Shown piece after piece: positions 1-12,135 of a stretch of 64,000 bases of DNA. Within the stretch, counting starts at the first letter, position 1. The number at the start of each line of letters is the position of its first letter. The translations under genes and the position numbers were made by a program. Where the stretch lies: positions 45,138,001 to 45,202,000 of the forward strand of contig CM059432.1 of the NCBI GenBank assembly GCA_030390025.1, read 5' to 3'. The stretch is from Squalus acanthias (Eukaryota). The notes below the pieces were generated by a model. The model ran no database searches, had not been told where the DNA came from, and saw only the letters and a list, made by a program, of their open reading frames with translations.

Positions 1-273
1 TTAGGGCTGCTGCTGCTCATTTTGCATCCAGGTCCTCTCACAGCAAAGGCCAGGCAGTCTTTGCAGACCTTCAATGCAGCAGCAATGATGACATCATCAG
101 AGGCGATTTTCAGACTGAAAACACGAATTGGTTCATGGGTTCCCACATGCTGGAACTCAATTGCCCAATTAGGTGAAAATCGCATCAATCTCCCACATCC
201 AATTACAGTCGCGTGGATAACACGAAAAGTGGATGACATGACCCCAACCCGCCCCAGTATCAAAATCCAGCCC
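1..273 (-). mobile_element. Myb-side terminus of a Harbinger element, running off the window start
   Basis: Reverse complement matches 36746-37020. Ends in TIR CAAAATCCAGCCC followed by TAT. Confidence 0.85.
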
Positions 274-645
274 TATGCCTCTATTTATGAAGCCCAGGAT
301 CCTGTATGCATTTTTTAACCACTTTTGCAACCTGCCCTGCCACCTTCAACGATTTGTGTACATATACCCCCAGGTCTCTCTGTTTTCATTGTACCCTTTA
401 GTTTATATTGCCTCTCCTCATTCTTCCTACCAAAATGTATCACTTCGCACTTTTCTGTGTTAAATTTCATCTGCCACGTGTCCTCCCATTTCACCAGCCT
501 GTCCATGTCTTCTTGAAGTCTATCACTATCCTCCTCACTGTTCACTATACTTCCAAGTTTTGTGTCATCTGCAAATTTTGAAATGGTCCCCTGTACACCC
601 AAGTCCAAGTCATTAATATATATCAAAGAAAAGCAGTGGTCCTAG
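274..645 (-). mobile_element. CR1 LINE ORF2 (RT) fragment
   Basis: ORF 315..626 IYINDLD...SKFADDTKLG...WQMKFNTEKCEVIHFGRKN. Confidence 0.9.
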
Positions 646-649
646 CTTT

Positions 650-1045
650 ATCTAGCTTCCCCTTAAATGCATCTATGCTATTTGCCTCAACTACTCCTTG
701 TGGTAGCGAGTTTCACATTTGGGTAAAGAAGTTTCTACTGAATTCCCTATTGGATGTATTGGTATCTTATATTTATGGTCCCTAGTTTTGGTCTCCTCTG
801 CAAGTGGAAATATCTTCTCTCCGTCCCCTCTATCAATACCCTTCATAATTTTAAAGACCTATAATAGGTCACCCCTCAATCTTCTCTTTTCTAGAGAAAA
901 GAACCCTAGCCTGTTCAGCCTTTCCTGATAAAAATATCCTCTCAGTTCTGGTATCATCCTTTTTTGCAATATAATAATAAAATAATCATTTTTATAATAT
1001 GGAGACCAGAACTGTGCATAGTACTCTAAGTGTGGTCTAGCTAAG
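650..1045 (-). mobile_element. Degenerate CR1 3' ORF2 fragment
   Basis: Similar to the other CR1 3' regions (LEYCVQFWSP / LFSLEKRRLRGDL-like codons on the minus strand). Confidence 0.75.
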
Positions 1046-2899
1046 TCTCAGAAGGCAACAGAAGAGTGTTAGAGAAAATCAGAATTCCTTGTAACAGATA
1101 TTTTTAATATTCATCAAATTGACTTATGTCGGTGATAGGTTACGGAAAACCAATTTGGGAACCCAGTATCAGCATCAAGCATGGCCTGATCAAGTAAAAT
1201 ATAGATCACATAACAATATAGCTCCATCTACTCTGCCCCAGCCTCAGAATGGTTCTCCTCTTCCCTGCCTACAAATTATATTTTCTATTTCCCATCCTTG
1301 TTATCGCTGTGGCCTCTCTGGGCGTGAATGTTAATTCATGGTAAATTGTGGCCAGCTTTATTCTGTAGAAGGCCAAACCAAACCCAGTAGAAACTAACCT
1401 AAGACTGTCCAAATTCATTTGATATAGGACGCTTATAGCTAGCAGAAAAAGGATTAATTTCACTTCACCAATCTAAACTGAATTTAATCCCAGGTCCCAG
1501 TACTTAATAGTGCACCCAATCCCCAGTAACTGATTTTAAAAGGGGTTTTGCAGCTCTCCTTTTAAATGTGACTCATGGAATGAGGTGACATCTTTAAGTG
1601 AAAAGTGAGAATTAAAATCCATACCTTCTGTATGCAGAGATAATTTCTGCATTTAGTTTAATTAATTTATGTTGCCTGGGAATTGAATATTCTGCCTCTG
1701 GGATGCTTTACTTGTAACTAAATTCTAAATGCTTCTTGCATCCTTGAATCCTAACTATCTTGCCATGCTACAATTTTTAATATGCATGAAATAATACCTT
1801 ATTATGTAAAGTGACTGAGCATGTACTGGGTCCCTGCAGAATGGGAAAGATTCAGAAAAAGCAACAATTATCTCCAATTTACTTCAAGCATTTGCAGGTC
1901 AGCTCATTTACATATTAAACAATTAAGACTATCATTCTTAGTAGTGTTTGTTCAGACAATTTAGAATTGAAAGTACTCAATATTTTTTTTATTTATTTTA
2001 AGCTCCATTAAAGTTCATTTATACAAAGATGAAATTCTGCGGAGGGCTTGTTCTTAATTTTTGGGAATACCTGGCCAGTGTGCATAAATAAGCAATGTCT
2101 TGTTTTTAAATGTTTTACCGCTTTGTAACAAGTCAGACTTATTTTATTTCAGTGAGGTTAGGTGGTTCAGTGTGCCTGCTTACAATATGAGGGGCAATGT
2201 AGTACTACCTGATCAGGTTTAATCACGAGAAGGTATTTTACCATTAATCAACCAGGAATAATTAAAACATTAAAAGTTGGTATTAATTTTTGAAATATCT
2301 AATCGTGACATTGCATTGTTTTATTTCTTTAATTTGAGCAATGCTTAGATATCAAAGTTTCGCAGTGGAGATGTGGCGTTGGATGAATATTCTGATGTTT
2401 TGCTTAGTTACTTTCGGAAACCAGGGAGTGTTTTCCCTCATGAGATTAAATGGGTGGGGTAGAGTCCACCATAAGATACATTGTGCGTAGTATCTGAAAA
2501 AAGTGGGTGTGATGGGCAGAATCAACTTTACTCACTCCATACATAACCTTGAATTCTAGCTAACGTTGCATCATATCATGGCACCACATGAATCATTGTT
2601 GGCCTGAGCTGGAATACGCACAAATGATGGTGCCAACTCTCAGGACAATGACACATCCAAAATTTACTTACAACCCACTCCAGTGATTGCAGATGTGACA
2701 TAAAATGGGCACGGATAGGCATTTACACAACTGCAGAAACCTCACTTACTCCTGCCAGTTGGGGCGCACCTCTTAGGGGAAGCACTGAGTAACAACAATA
2801 GGCACTCACACAATACACTTAGAGAAATAAAATTTGGTTGCAATGAAGTTCAACTGGTCCAGAGGGTGTTCTTGGTTTGATGTTGGATAATATATCAGC

Positions 2900-3810
2900 A
2901 GGTGACAAAAATGGAATCCTTGAAGGTTTATTTGCAGCTAAAGTCCACGAGGATTATTTTGCCATGGATCTTCTGGCCCTTCCTGATCATTTTATTTTTA
3001 TTTTGCTGTGGTTGATTGTCCTCCTTTGGATGCTCCATAGTTATCCCTCTTTGGATGGCAAAGTTGTACAGCATGCAGCAGACTACAATGAGGTCAGACA
3101 CTTTGGTTAGGCTAAATTGTAGGACATCCCCATATCTATCAAAGGAACTGTAGAGCTGCATCAACATTTCTATGGCATGTTTGATAATAATTCAGGTAGC
3201 TGCTTGTACTTCACTATATCTGTGCTCATCAGCTGTTTGTAGCTGTCATAGAACTATCATGAGCCAAGGCTCAAAAAGATCCAAACTTGCACGCTTCTTT
3301 GTGGGTCAAATTATAGGTGCACGATGAAATGCCTTAACGTAAGGTGCAATGAATTCTGCCTGGGAAGTAGGTATTGACTTCTATTATCACTGCAGTAAAG
3401 ACAACAGATGAACTGAACATTGATGAAGTGATAGCTCTTGTTGTTCATGAATGTGTAACAATTGTAGCAGGAGCCTGTAGGGCCACATAAATGTGATCAA
3501 TGACACCCTGCAGTTTTGGGAATGCTGCCATTTGGCAAAGATGCAGTGTACTCTCATGCTGTTGTTGATTGTCCATGGGAAAAGTGATTTAATTGCTTGC
3601 TAGGGCACACAAGTATTTAGTCATCTGGTGATACAGCTGTGCACTGCAAACTGACTGAGTCCCCTGAAGCACCCTAGAATGAGGCTTAAAGGTTAAGTGC
3701 TGTGGTGACTTTGACAAACACTGGCAATGCCATGCCTATGGTCTCGAGGTCAGCTTCCAGCATATGACACAACTCTGTCATAGTCTCCCTCATGAATTAT
3801 AGTCCGCAAA
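2900..3810 (-). pseudogene. Heavily degenerate Harbinger DDE transposase
   Basis: Minus-strand remnants AFPKLQGVID, FMNNKSYH and ORF 2928..3167 DRYGDVLQFS..KVSDLIVVCCMLYNFA, paralleling the transposase at 56552-57822. Confidence 0.75.
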
Positions 3811-3816
3811 AACAAA

Positions 3817-3996
3817 GGGGATAATTTTCACCTCCGTTACCTGGGCAGTAATCTGCTGCAGGGGATTGCCTGCCTGGTTTGGAAACCATCCGATTTTCAT
3901 CCCATTGATTTCAATAGAATGAAAATCAGGCGGGTTCTACAATGAGCAGGCAATCTGCTTTATAAGATTACCACCCAGGTGGTGAAGGTGAAATAT
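3817..3996. mobile_element. Palindromic MITE (~180 bp), probably Harbinger-derived
   Basis: Arms TTTCACCTCCGTTACCTGGGCAGTAATCT and AGATTACCACCCAGGTGGTGAAGGTGAAA flank a CCATTGATTTCAATAG centre. Confidence 0.7.
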
Positions 3997-4218
3997 GGGT
4001 AAGCACGTTTCTACCCCCAGATCTGGATTCTAGGATAATGACGAGTGCGAGCTGTTTGCCTCTGGTGCAACCTTACCTGCCTGGCAGCCGACCTTTGCTC
4101 TTCCGTTTATTCTTCCAAATAACATAAATATTAAGGTATTCTCATTGAAATGCCCATGGTCCAAATTTAAATTGCAGCAGCTAAAAATTGCAATGCTAAA
4201 ACTCGGTGTAAACACTAT

Positions 4219-5062
4219 GGGCTGGATTTTGTGAATGGAGGCGAGTTGGAGGCGGGACTGCTGCTTGTCGTGTCAATGTCCCGCCTCCATCCTCGCCTGA
4301 CTAACCAGAGGGATTTTCCCCTGATTGACCTTGTTAAGCCCACCCTGCGGGCTCAGCAGGCCAATTAGGGAGGAAGTCACTGACACAGCACGTCAACGTC
4401 TGACGTGCTATCTGTCAAGACTTCTTGAAAGATAAATGTCAATGTTTGACAGCTCTGTGAAGCAATCAAACACTGACAATCTCTTTAGTTTGATGAGTCC
4501 TTGTGTTCAGGACTCATCAAACCTTTCAAATTTTAAAATTTCACATGGCTGTTGGATCAGAGGTTCCAACAGCCAGTCTGTGAAATTGACAAGGAGGATG
4601 TCAGCTCTCCCGATCCACCGCGGCTGAAGGCTGTAGAAGAAAACAAGATAAGTGAATACTTTTTAAAACTTATCACTCACCTTGCATACTTACCACTCCA
4701 CACTTGCACCCATCACTCACCTCTACACCTTACTTCCAGGTGCCTCCGACCACCGCAGACCTCCTCCACGTCTCCTCCAACCCGACGGGGTTCTCCGAGG
4801 TCGGGAAACCTTCACCTGTGAAGGTAAAATGGCACTAATCCTTTTTTCTGCCTGTTAACTACCTGTTAACAGGAAGTTAAAAGGATTAAATTCCTTTCCT
4901 GCCTCCAGGAGACAGGACCCGAAGCTGCACATCTTCCCGCCTCCTGGCAAAAGGGCACGGAGGCGGGATGGGGGCAGGTTTGCCATCCGCCCCCAATTTC
5001 TCCAAATTTACCGGCTGTCCCGCCTCCATGCCCGCCTCCTTGGGGCTTGGAAAATCCAGCCC
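4219..5062. mobile_element. Non-autonomous Harbinger (844 bp)
   Basis: TIRs GGGCTGGATTTT / AAAATCCAGCCC, TSD TAT on both sides, GGAGGCGGG subterminal repeats. Confidence 0.9.
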
Positions 5063-5307
5063 TATGAAAATAGTGAATTAATAAAAATATACCATTTGCA
5101 GGCTGCAAAAGTTGAATTAAAAAAATGTCAGTTCCCTTCCAGCACACAGGCTGGTGTACTTGAACTGCCAATTTAAATAGACAGAATGAATACATATTGC
5201 ATTCTTAGCTTGATTAAGGATAAATTGCACATGCTGTCATTTACATTCATTTAGATTTTATTATATCATTTAATTGAAGCTGTCACCTACTTTTGTCAAG
5301 AACTTCC

Positions 5308-5915
5308 TAGAATCATAGAAATTTACGGCACAGAAGGAAGCCATTCGGTCCATCATGTCTGTGCCGACTGAAAAAGAGCTATCCAGCCTAATCCCACTTT
5401 CCAGCTCTTGGCCCATAGCCTTGTAGGTTACGGCACTTCAAGTGCATATCCAAGTACTTTTTAAATGCGATCAGGGTTTCTGCCTCTACCACCCTTTCAG
5501 GCAGTGAGTTCCAGACCTCGACCACCCTCTGTGTGAAAATGGTTCTCTTCAACTCCACTCTAATCCTTCGACCAATTACTTTAAATCTATGCCCCCTGGT
5601 TATTGACCTCTCTGTTAAGGGAAATAGGTGCTTCCTATCCACTCTACCTATCTACCTCATAATTTTAGACATCTCAATTAAGTCTCCCCTCAGCCTCCTC
5701 TGCTCCAAAGAAAACAGACCCAGCCTATCCAATCTTTCTTCATAGCCAAAATTCTCCAGTCCTGGCAACATTCTCGTAAATCTCCTCTGTACCCTCTCTA
5801 GTGCAATCAGATCTTTCCTGCAATGTGGTGAACAGAACTGTACACAGTACTCTAGCTGTGGCCTAACTAATGTTTTATACAGTTCAAGCATAACCTCCCT
5901 GCTCTTTATATTCAT
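5308..5915 (-). mobile_element. CR1 LINE 3' part, split by the Penelope insertion
   Basis: ORFs 5652..5951 ([16 protein letters not shown]) and 5388..5642 (FTQRVVEVWNSLP); continues at 8246. Confidence 0.9.
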
Positions 5916-5966
5916 AAATGAGAAGTCGCACAACACCAGGTTATCGTCCAACAGATTTATTTTAAA

Positions 5967-6004
5967 TTACAAGCTTTCGGAGCTGTCGCCCCTTCCTCAG
6001 GTAA
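5967..6004 (-). ncRNA. Minimal type I hammerhead ribozyme in the Penelope 3' terminus
   Basis: Minus strand: UUAC-CUGAGGA-A-GGGGC(GACA)GCUCC-GAAAGCUU-GUAA. Core intact, 5-bp stem II, 4-bp stem I, palindromic AGCU stem III. Confidence 0.75.
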
Positions 6005-6253
6005 AGTTACAATGAGTGAATCTACAATATTTCACAGTATATAAACACAGAAACTGCAGAGATACAATCTTTCAGGGAAGGTGTCCTTACATCAAAGACA
6101 CACCAAGAGCACAGCCAAGACAATGAGATGTGTCACAGGGGGTCCAACGTGTCAAATCCTGCTGTCTGCAGTGTTTTTTTTTGTGTGTTTTTTTTTGGGT
6201 TTGTTTTTTTTGGTGTTTTTTTTTAAACTGGAAAGACAGACAACGATGTCGAG

Positions 6254-8206
6254 TCACGTTCTATAGCATGACATGAACCCGATATCCCTATTGAGGCCAT
6301 CCTCATGGGTGCGCAACTTGGCTATCAGTTTCTGCTCGATGATTTTGCGTTGTCGTGTGTCTCCAAGGCTGCCTTGGAGAACGCTAACCCGCAGATCCGA
6401 GGCTGAATGTCCTTGACTGCTGAAGTGTTCCCCGACTGGGAGGCAACAATCCTGCCTGGCGATTGTTGCGCGGTGTCCGTTCATACGTTGTCTCAGTGTT
6501 TGCATGGTCTCGCCAATGTACCATGCTCTGGGGCATCCTTTCCTGCAACGTATCAGGTAGACAATGTTGGCCGAGTCACATGAGTATGTACCATGTACCT
6601 GGTGGGTAGTGTCCTCATGTGTGGTGACGGTATCTGTGTTGGGTTGTGTGGTGTCGTGGTCGCTGTTCTCCTGACAGCTGGGTAATTTGCTGCGAACGAT
6701 GGTACTTTTGAGGTTAGGTGGCTGCTTGAAGGCGAGTAGTGGAGGCGTGGGGATGGCCTTAGCAAGGTGTTCATTGTCATCGATGACATGTTGAAGGCTG
6801 CGAAGAACATGGCGTAGTTTCTCCGCTCCGGGGAAGTTGGGTACTCTGATGGTTGTGTCCCGTGTTCGCCTTCTGAGGAGGTCTATGCGGTTTTTCGCTG
6901 TGGCCCGTCGGAACTGTCGATCGATGAGTCGAGCGTCATATCCCGTTCTTACGAGGGCGTCTTTCAGTGTCCGTAGGTGTCCATTGCGTTCCTCCTTGTC
7001 TGAGCAGATCCTGTGTATTCGCAGGGCTTGTCCATAGGGGATGGCTTCTTTAACGTGGTTAGGGTGGAAGCTGGAGAGGTGGAGCATCGTGAGGTTGTCC
7101 GTGGGCTTGCGGTAGAGTGAAGTGCTGAGGCGTCCGTCTTTGATGGAGATTCGTGTGTCCAAGAATGAAAACGATTCTGAGGAGTAGTCCATGGTGAGTT
7201 TGATGGTGGGATGGAACCTGTTGATGTTATCGTGTAGTCCTTTCAGTGATCCTTCGCCGTGGGTCCAAAGGAAGAAGATGTCGTCGATGTATCTGGTGTA
7301 CAGCGTTGGTTGGAGGTCCTGTGCAGCGAAGAAGTCTTGCTTGAACTTGTGCATGAAGATGTTGGCGTATTGGAGTGCGAATTTGGTCCCCATGGCTGTT
7401 CCGTGTGTTTGGGTAAAAAACTGGTTGTCGAAGGTGAAGACATTGTGGTCAAGGATGAAGCGGATGAGTTGTAGGATGGCGTCTGGAGATTGGCTGTTGT
7501 TGGTGTTGAGTACTGAGGCTGTCGCAGCGATGCCGTCATCGTGGGGGATATTGGTGTAGAGTGCCGATACGTCCATCGTGGCGAGGAGTGTTCCTGGTTC
7601 AACTGGTCCATGGGTGCTGAGTTTCTGCAAGAAGTCTGTAGTGTCGCGACAGAAGCTGGGGGTTCCCTGTACGATGGGTTTCAGGATGCCCTTGACGTAC
7701 CCAGAGAGGTTCTCACACAGGGTTCCATTGCCTGATACGATAGGACGTCCAGGTGTGTTGGCTTTGTGTATCTTTGGGAGGCAGTAAAAGTCTCCTACGC
7801 GGGGAGTACGTGGGATGAGAGCGCGTAGGATGTTTTGAAGGTCTGGATCGAAGGTCTTGATCAGTCTATTGAGTTGGCGGGTGTGTTCTTTGGTCGGATC
7901 TGCGGGTAGCTGTCTGTAGTGTTCCTGGTTGTCCAGTTGTCGGTATGCTTCTTTGCAATAGTCCATTCTGTTCTGTATGACGATGGCTCCTCTTTTGTCC
8001 GCTGGTTTGATGACGATGTTGCGGTTGGTCTTGAGAGCGTGGATGGCGTTGCGTTGTGCTCGGGTGACATTCTGGACTGTCTTGTGAGTGCGGCTGATGA
8101 ATCTGGCGTTGATGCATTTCCTGACAGCTTGAGCATACATGTCAAGCTTAGGGCAGCGACCCTCCGGAGGGGTCCAATTTGACTCTTTCTTCTTCGGTTG
8201 CTGCAC
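6254..8206 (-). CDS. Penelope-like reverse transcriptase + GIY-YIG endonuclease (650-aa open frame, N-terminally truncated)
   Basis: IKPADK, YCLPKIHK, TMDVSALYTNI, HGTAMG, RYIDD, FLD; C-terminal IVYLIRC..WYIGET..RMNGH..GLN. Confidence 0.92.
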   Translation of the reverse strand: MQQPKKKESNWTPPEGRCPKLDMYAQAVRKCINARFISRTHKTVQNVTRAQRNAIHALKTNRNIVIKPADKRGAIVIQNRMDYCKEAYRQLDNQEHYRQLPADPTKEHTRQLNRLIKTFDPDLQNILRALIPRTPRVGDFYCLPKIHKANTPGRPIVSGNGTLCENLSGYVKGILKPIVQGTPSFCRDTTDFLQKLSTHGPVEPGTLLATMDVSALYTNIPHDDGIAATASVLNTNNSQSPDAILQLIRFILDHNVFTFDNQFFTQTHGTAMGTKFALQYANIFMHKFKQDFFAAQDLQPTLYTRYIDDIFFLWTHGEGSLKGLHDNINRFHPTIKLTMDYSSESFSFLDTRISIKDGRLSTSLYRKPTDNLTMLHLSSFHPNHVKEAIPYGQALRIHRICSDKEERNGHLRTLKDALVRTGYDARLIDRQFRRATAKNRIDLLRRRTRDTTIRVPNFPGAEKLRHVLRSLQHVIDDNEHLAKAIPTPPLLAFKQPPNLKSTIVRSKLPSCQENSDHDTTQPNTDTVTTHEDTTHQVHGTYSCDSANIVYLIRCRKGCPRAWYIGETMQTLRQRMNGHRATIARQDCCLPVGEHFSSQGHSASDLRVSVLQGSLGDTRQRKIIEQKLIAKLRTHEDGLNRDIGFMSCYRT

Positions 8207-8245
8207 TGCGGTCCCTCTGTCTGCTGTTCTGGATCATTGATTGAA

Positions 8246-8475
8246 TTTATATTCATGCCTTGGCTAATAAAGGAAAGTATCCCATATGCCTTCTTAACCA
8301 CCTTATCTACCTGTCCTGCTACCTTCAGGGATCTGTGGACCTGCACTCCAGGATCCCTCTGTTTCTCTACGCTTCTCAGTATCCTACCAATTATTGTGTA
8401 TTCCCTTGCCTTGTTAGCCCTCCCCAAATACATTACCTCACACTTCTTCGGAGTGAATTCCATTTGGAATTCTTG
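8246..8475 (-). mobile_element. Upstream continuation of the CR1 split by Penelope
   Basis: QMEFTPKKCEVMYLG...QVDKVVKKAYGILSFI. Confidence 0.85.
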
Positions 8476-8720
8476 CCCCCAAGTCCCACCCAAATGCATT
8501 GTGCTGGATTAGCCAAGCACGATCTCTGCCCTAATTTCCAATTCCCCATCCCGAGTATATCGGGGTTTTCCCCACCACTATCGGAAAATGTTTGCCTGAA
8601 TCATGGAGAAATGGGCCATGATATTATCGGGGAGGCGGGGAGGATATGGGGGAATGATTTATTGGGCAAAAAACCCATCAAGGCCGGGGACGCGGAGGCC
8701 CTGCCGATCTTAACTGCTCA

Positions 8721-9685
8721 ACATTCTTCAGCTGCTTCATCATGACCTTCCCTCCATCATAAGGTCAGAAGTGGGGATGTTCGTTGATGACTGCACAGTG
8801 TTCAGTTCCATTCACATCTCCACAGATAATGAAGCAGTCCATGCCCACATGCAGCAAGACCTGGACGACATTCAGGCTTGTGCTGATAAGTGGGAGGTAA
8901 CATTCGCGCTACACAAGTGCTAGGCAATGACTATCTCCAACAAGCGAGAGTCTAACCACATTCCCTTGACATTCAACGGCATTACCATCGCTGAATCCCC
9001 CAACATCAACATCCTGGGGGTCACCATTAACCAGAAACTTAACTGGACCAGCCACATAAATACTGTGGCAACAAGAGCAGGTCAGAGGCTAGGTATTCTG
9101 TGGTGAGTGTCTCACCTCCTGACTCCCCAAAGCCTTTCCACCATCTACAAGGCATATGTCAGGAGTGTGATGGAATACTTTCCACTTGCCTGGATGAGTG
9201 CAGCTCCAACAACACTCAAGAAGCTCGACACCATCAAGGACAAAGCAGTCCACTTGATTGGTACCCCATCCACTACCATAAACATTCACTCCCTCCACCA
9301 CTGATGCACCGTGGCTGCAGTGTGTACCATCTACAAGATGCACAGCAGCAACTCGCCAAGGCATCTTCGGCAGCACCTCCCAAACCCGCGACCTCTACCA
9401 CCTAGAAGGACAAGGGCAGCAGGCACATGAGAACACCATCACTTGAAAGTTCCCCTCCAAGTCACACACCATCCTGACTTAGAAGTATATCGCCGTTTCT
9501 TCATCATCGCTGGGTCAAAATCCTGGAACTCCCTCCCTAACAGCACTGTGGGAGTACCTTCACCACAAGGACTGCAGTGATTCAAGAAGGGGGCTCACCA
9601 CCACCTTCTCAAGGGCAATTTGGGATGGGCAACAAATGCTGGCCTTGCCAGCGACGCCCACATCCCAGGAATGAATTTTTAAAAA
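8721..9685 (+). mobile_element. 3' end of a non-LTR retrotransposon (CR1/L2/Jockey group, distinct from the main CR1 family)
   Basis: DLPSIIRSEVGMFVDDCT, IYKAYVRSVMEY. 3' end AAATGCTGGCCTTGCCAGCGACGCCCACATCCC is shared with copies at 34.7 kb and 46.8 kb. Confidence 0.8.
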
Positions 9686-10067
9686 TGGCAAGACCTCATT
9701 TATATAAATCAATGCAGATTCCCGCCCGACAGCCGGCCAGATTGACTTCCTGGCTGGCAGGCAGGAGTGGTAAGTAGCAGCAGGAGGCCGCAGCCAGGGA
9801 CCCGTGGGGATGTTCCCCGTCAGTCAGTGGTTGGAATAGCTCATGAAGAGATGTTTCAAAACAACTTTGTTAAAAGGAATGTTGGATTGTCGGGCCACAA
9901 ATCTGTACAAATCTCCTCAGGTAGAGGTTTTTTTTCTGTCAGCAGGGAATACCTGAAGATCGTGGGGATGCCAGGGCTGGGAATGCCCCTAGGACTCCTT
10001 GTGAGGACTGGGGGAGCACTCCTGCTCCTTCTGGTCCACAATGAGTTCAAAAACAGACAGAGTTTTC

Positions 10068-10270
10068 AAAAGCAAAATACTGCGGAGGCTGGAAATCTGA
10101 AATAAAGACAGAAAATGCTGGAAATACTCAGCAGGTCAGGCAGCATCTGTGGAGAGAGAAACAGAGTTAACGTTTCAGGTTGATGTTCTGACAAAAGCTC
10201 ATCGACCTGAAACGTTAACTCAGTTTCTCGTTCCACAGATGCTGCCTGACCTGCTGAGTATTTCCAGAGT
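10068..10270. mobile_element. Head-to-head inverted 3' termini of a second Penelope family, with a degenerate hammerhead (10185-10220)
   Basis: ~65-bp inverted arms; CTGACAA..GACCTGAAACGTTAACT. Confidence 0.75.
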
Positions 10271-12135
10271 TTTTAAACTTACCTCGGCCTCTTATGTCCA
10301 GTCGGTTCCTCAGCCGCTTTGCTGCTGCCCAGTAGCAGACAACGCTGGACTCCTTTTGCATGGACGTTAAATTTACATCGTGGCCATAATGACATCATCG
10401 GCCTGTGACCTTTGAATCTTAAGTAGGCTCTCGCCGCACATAATATAATTACACAACGTAGTTTGTATCTAGAAGTAATAATGTCACATCATGCATTTGT
10501 GTATAACTATCAGAACCAGGTCCTGAATCACTGCCATTAATAATATGGTAGTTGGGATAGCGGTGGCTTGGAGGCTGGGTCTAGTTTTTTAACATTTTAA
10601 CCTCTCGCCCGACCCTTTCCTGCCTGTCAGGGGTGGGGTTACAATTGAGGACATGGTCTCTGAGGTAGAAACAAAACAAGCTCTGAAACTACCTGCACAT
10701 TAGCAAAATTAGTACCTTCAATACTTCAAATGCATTGATATGGTTTTCTTCCACAACATAAGAGTTAACAAAATATAAATGCTGACATAAAAATGATGTG
10801 ATGAATAAATCGGAAGTTGCACAGATGGAAGGAAGGATAAACTAAACTTTGCTGACTGAAGTATTACATTTGCCAACCATCTGGCCATCAATTCAACAGC
10901 AGATGATAATTATGCACATCCCTTATTGGATATAGAATATATTCTAACCACCTGGACATAATGGTTTGGTTTGTGTTGTAAGCTTCAAACTTTTATGGCA
11001 AACTTATAACTATCCTTTATGAGTTCTCATTAGTTCTAGAATATTATCCAGTCAACAGTAATCCATTATTCTTGAAATTTATGCCATACGCAATATAGTT
11101 ATTTTTTTATCAAGAAGTAATAATGTCACATCATGCATTTGAGGGCATAACTACCATAACTAAGTTGATCTGTAATAGTGAGCAATGCTTTCACACTTAC
11201 AAATTGTTCCTGCGAAGTTTGATATGACATTCAGAAGCTGTAATTACCAAACCTATGATTAGATTTGCAGCTGAGAAGAAAATGAATGAGATGATTACAA
11301 AAATCAGTTCAGCGATTATTTAAGAGGAAGTTAACTGAAATAACTTACATTCCAGAATGAATACTTTCATTTTAAACTGGCAAGGCCAAATTTTGCTGTT
11401 CAGTGCAGGAAAGAATGGATGTTTGCTTGCTATATTACTTAAGTTTCATGATATGTTACATTATACTGTACCAGGAGCCAGTCAATCAATTGTAGGATAT
11501 GAAGTTCACCGTGATTAATGAATGTTAAAGAAACAGAGGAAATGACAACTTAATGACCTACATTTTAACCAATGTATTTTATTAAATGAACATTATCACC
11601 CATCAATGTTTATTATTACTTTTTAAAACATTTCTGCTCATTAACGTTTAGACTGACACTGGTTTGTATTATCAGAAATTAATTTCACAAGGTGTTGGGA
11701 AAACAGCAATTAAAAACAGAAAATGTTGAAATGCACAGTAGGGTAATCAGCATCTGAGTGAGAAAGATCAGTTAATGTCTTGTGTATAAAGTTCAGTCGG
11801 AAAATCCAATTAGTCAATCTACTTTGCAATATCTGATCCCTTAGAGAACTTGTATACATATTAGCGCCACTTCAAGCTCAGTGCAGGCATTAATGGGACA
11901 AGCATTTTGCCAAATCCAGCAAGACAAAATCAATATGGCATTTGCTCCAAGGGAGTTAGGATAAAAAAAAGTGCAGAATTCTCAGAAAGTAGCCACTTCT
12001 GGGGAGATGGTTTACAGGGTCAGAGGATCATAAATCAGACTAACAGAGAAGCAATAGCTGAGATGGTTGAAGCTCTCCAAGGAGGCAATTATTGAATTGT
12101 CTCAATTTACTTGCGATCAGGTTTTCCACTGAAGC

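Larger units (their letters stand above)
5916..8245 (-). mobile_element. Penelope-like element, 5'-truncated
   Basis: RT+GIY-YIG ORF and hammerhead 3' end. 11-bp TSD TTTATATTCAT at 5905-5915 and 8246-8256, inside a CR1. Confidence 0.92.
8613..10650. mobile_element. Degenerate non-autonomous Harbinger-like element interrupted by a LINE and Penelope ends
   Basis: GGGCCATGATATT start. Internal sequence resembles 27438-28116 and 31251-32019. Boundaries approximate. Confidence 0.45.

Noticed and set aside
1..6. Telomeric TTAGGG
   Set aside because: Single hexamer within a Harbinger end.
1120..1520. Possible old SINE remnants (also ~20140-20270 and ~35220-35440)
   Set aside because: Too degenerate to delimit or classify by eye.
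6553..8182. Many overlapping alternate-frame and antisense ORFs in the Penelope element
   Set aside because: Shadows of a GC-rich coding sequence, with no motifs.
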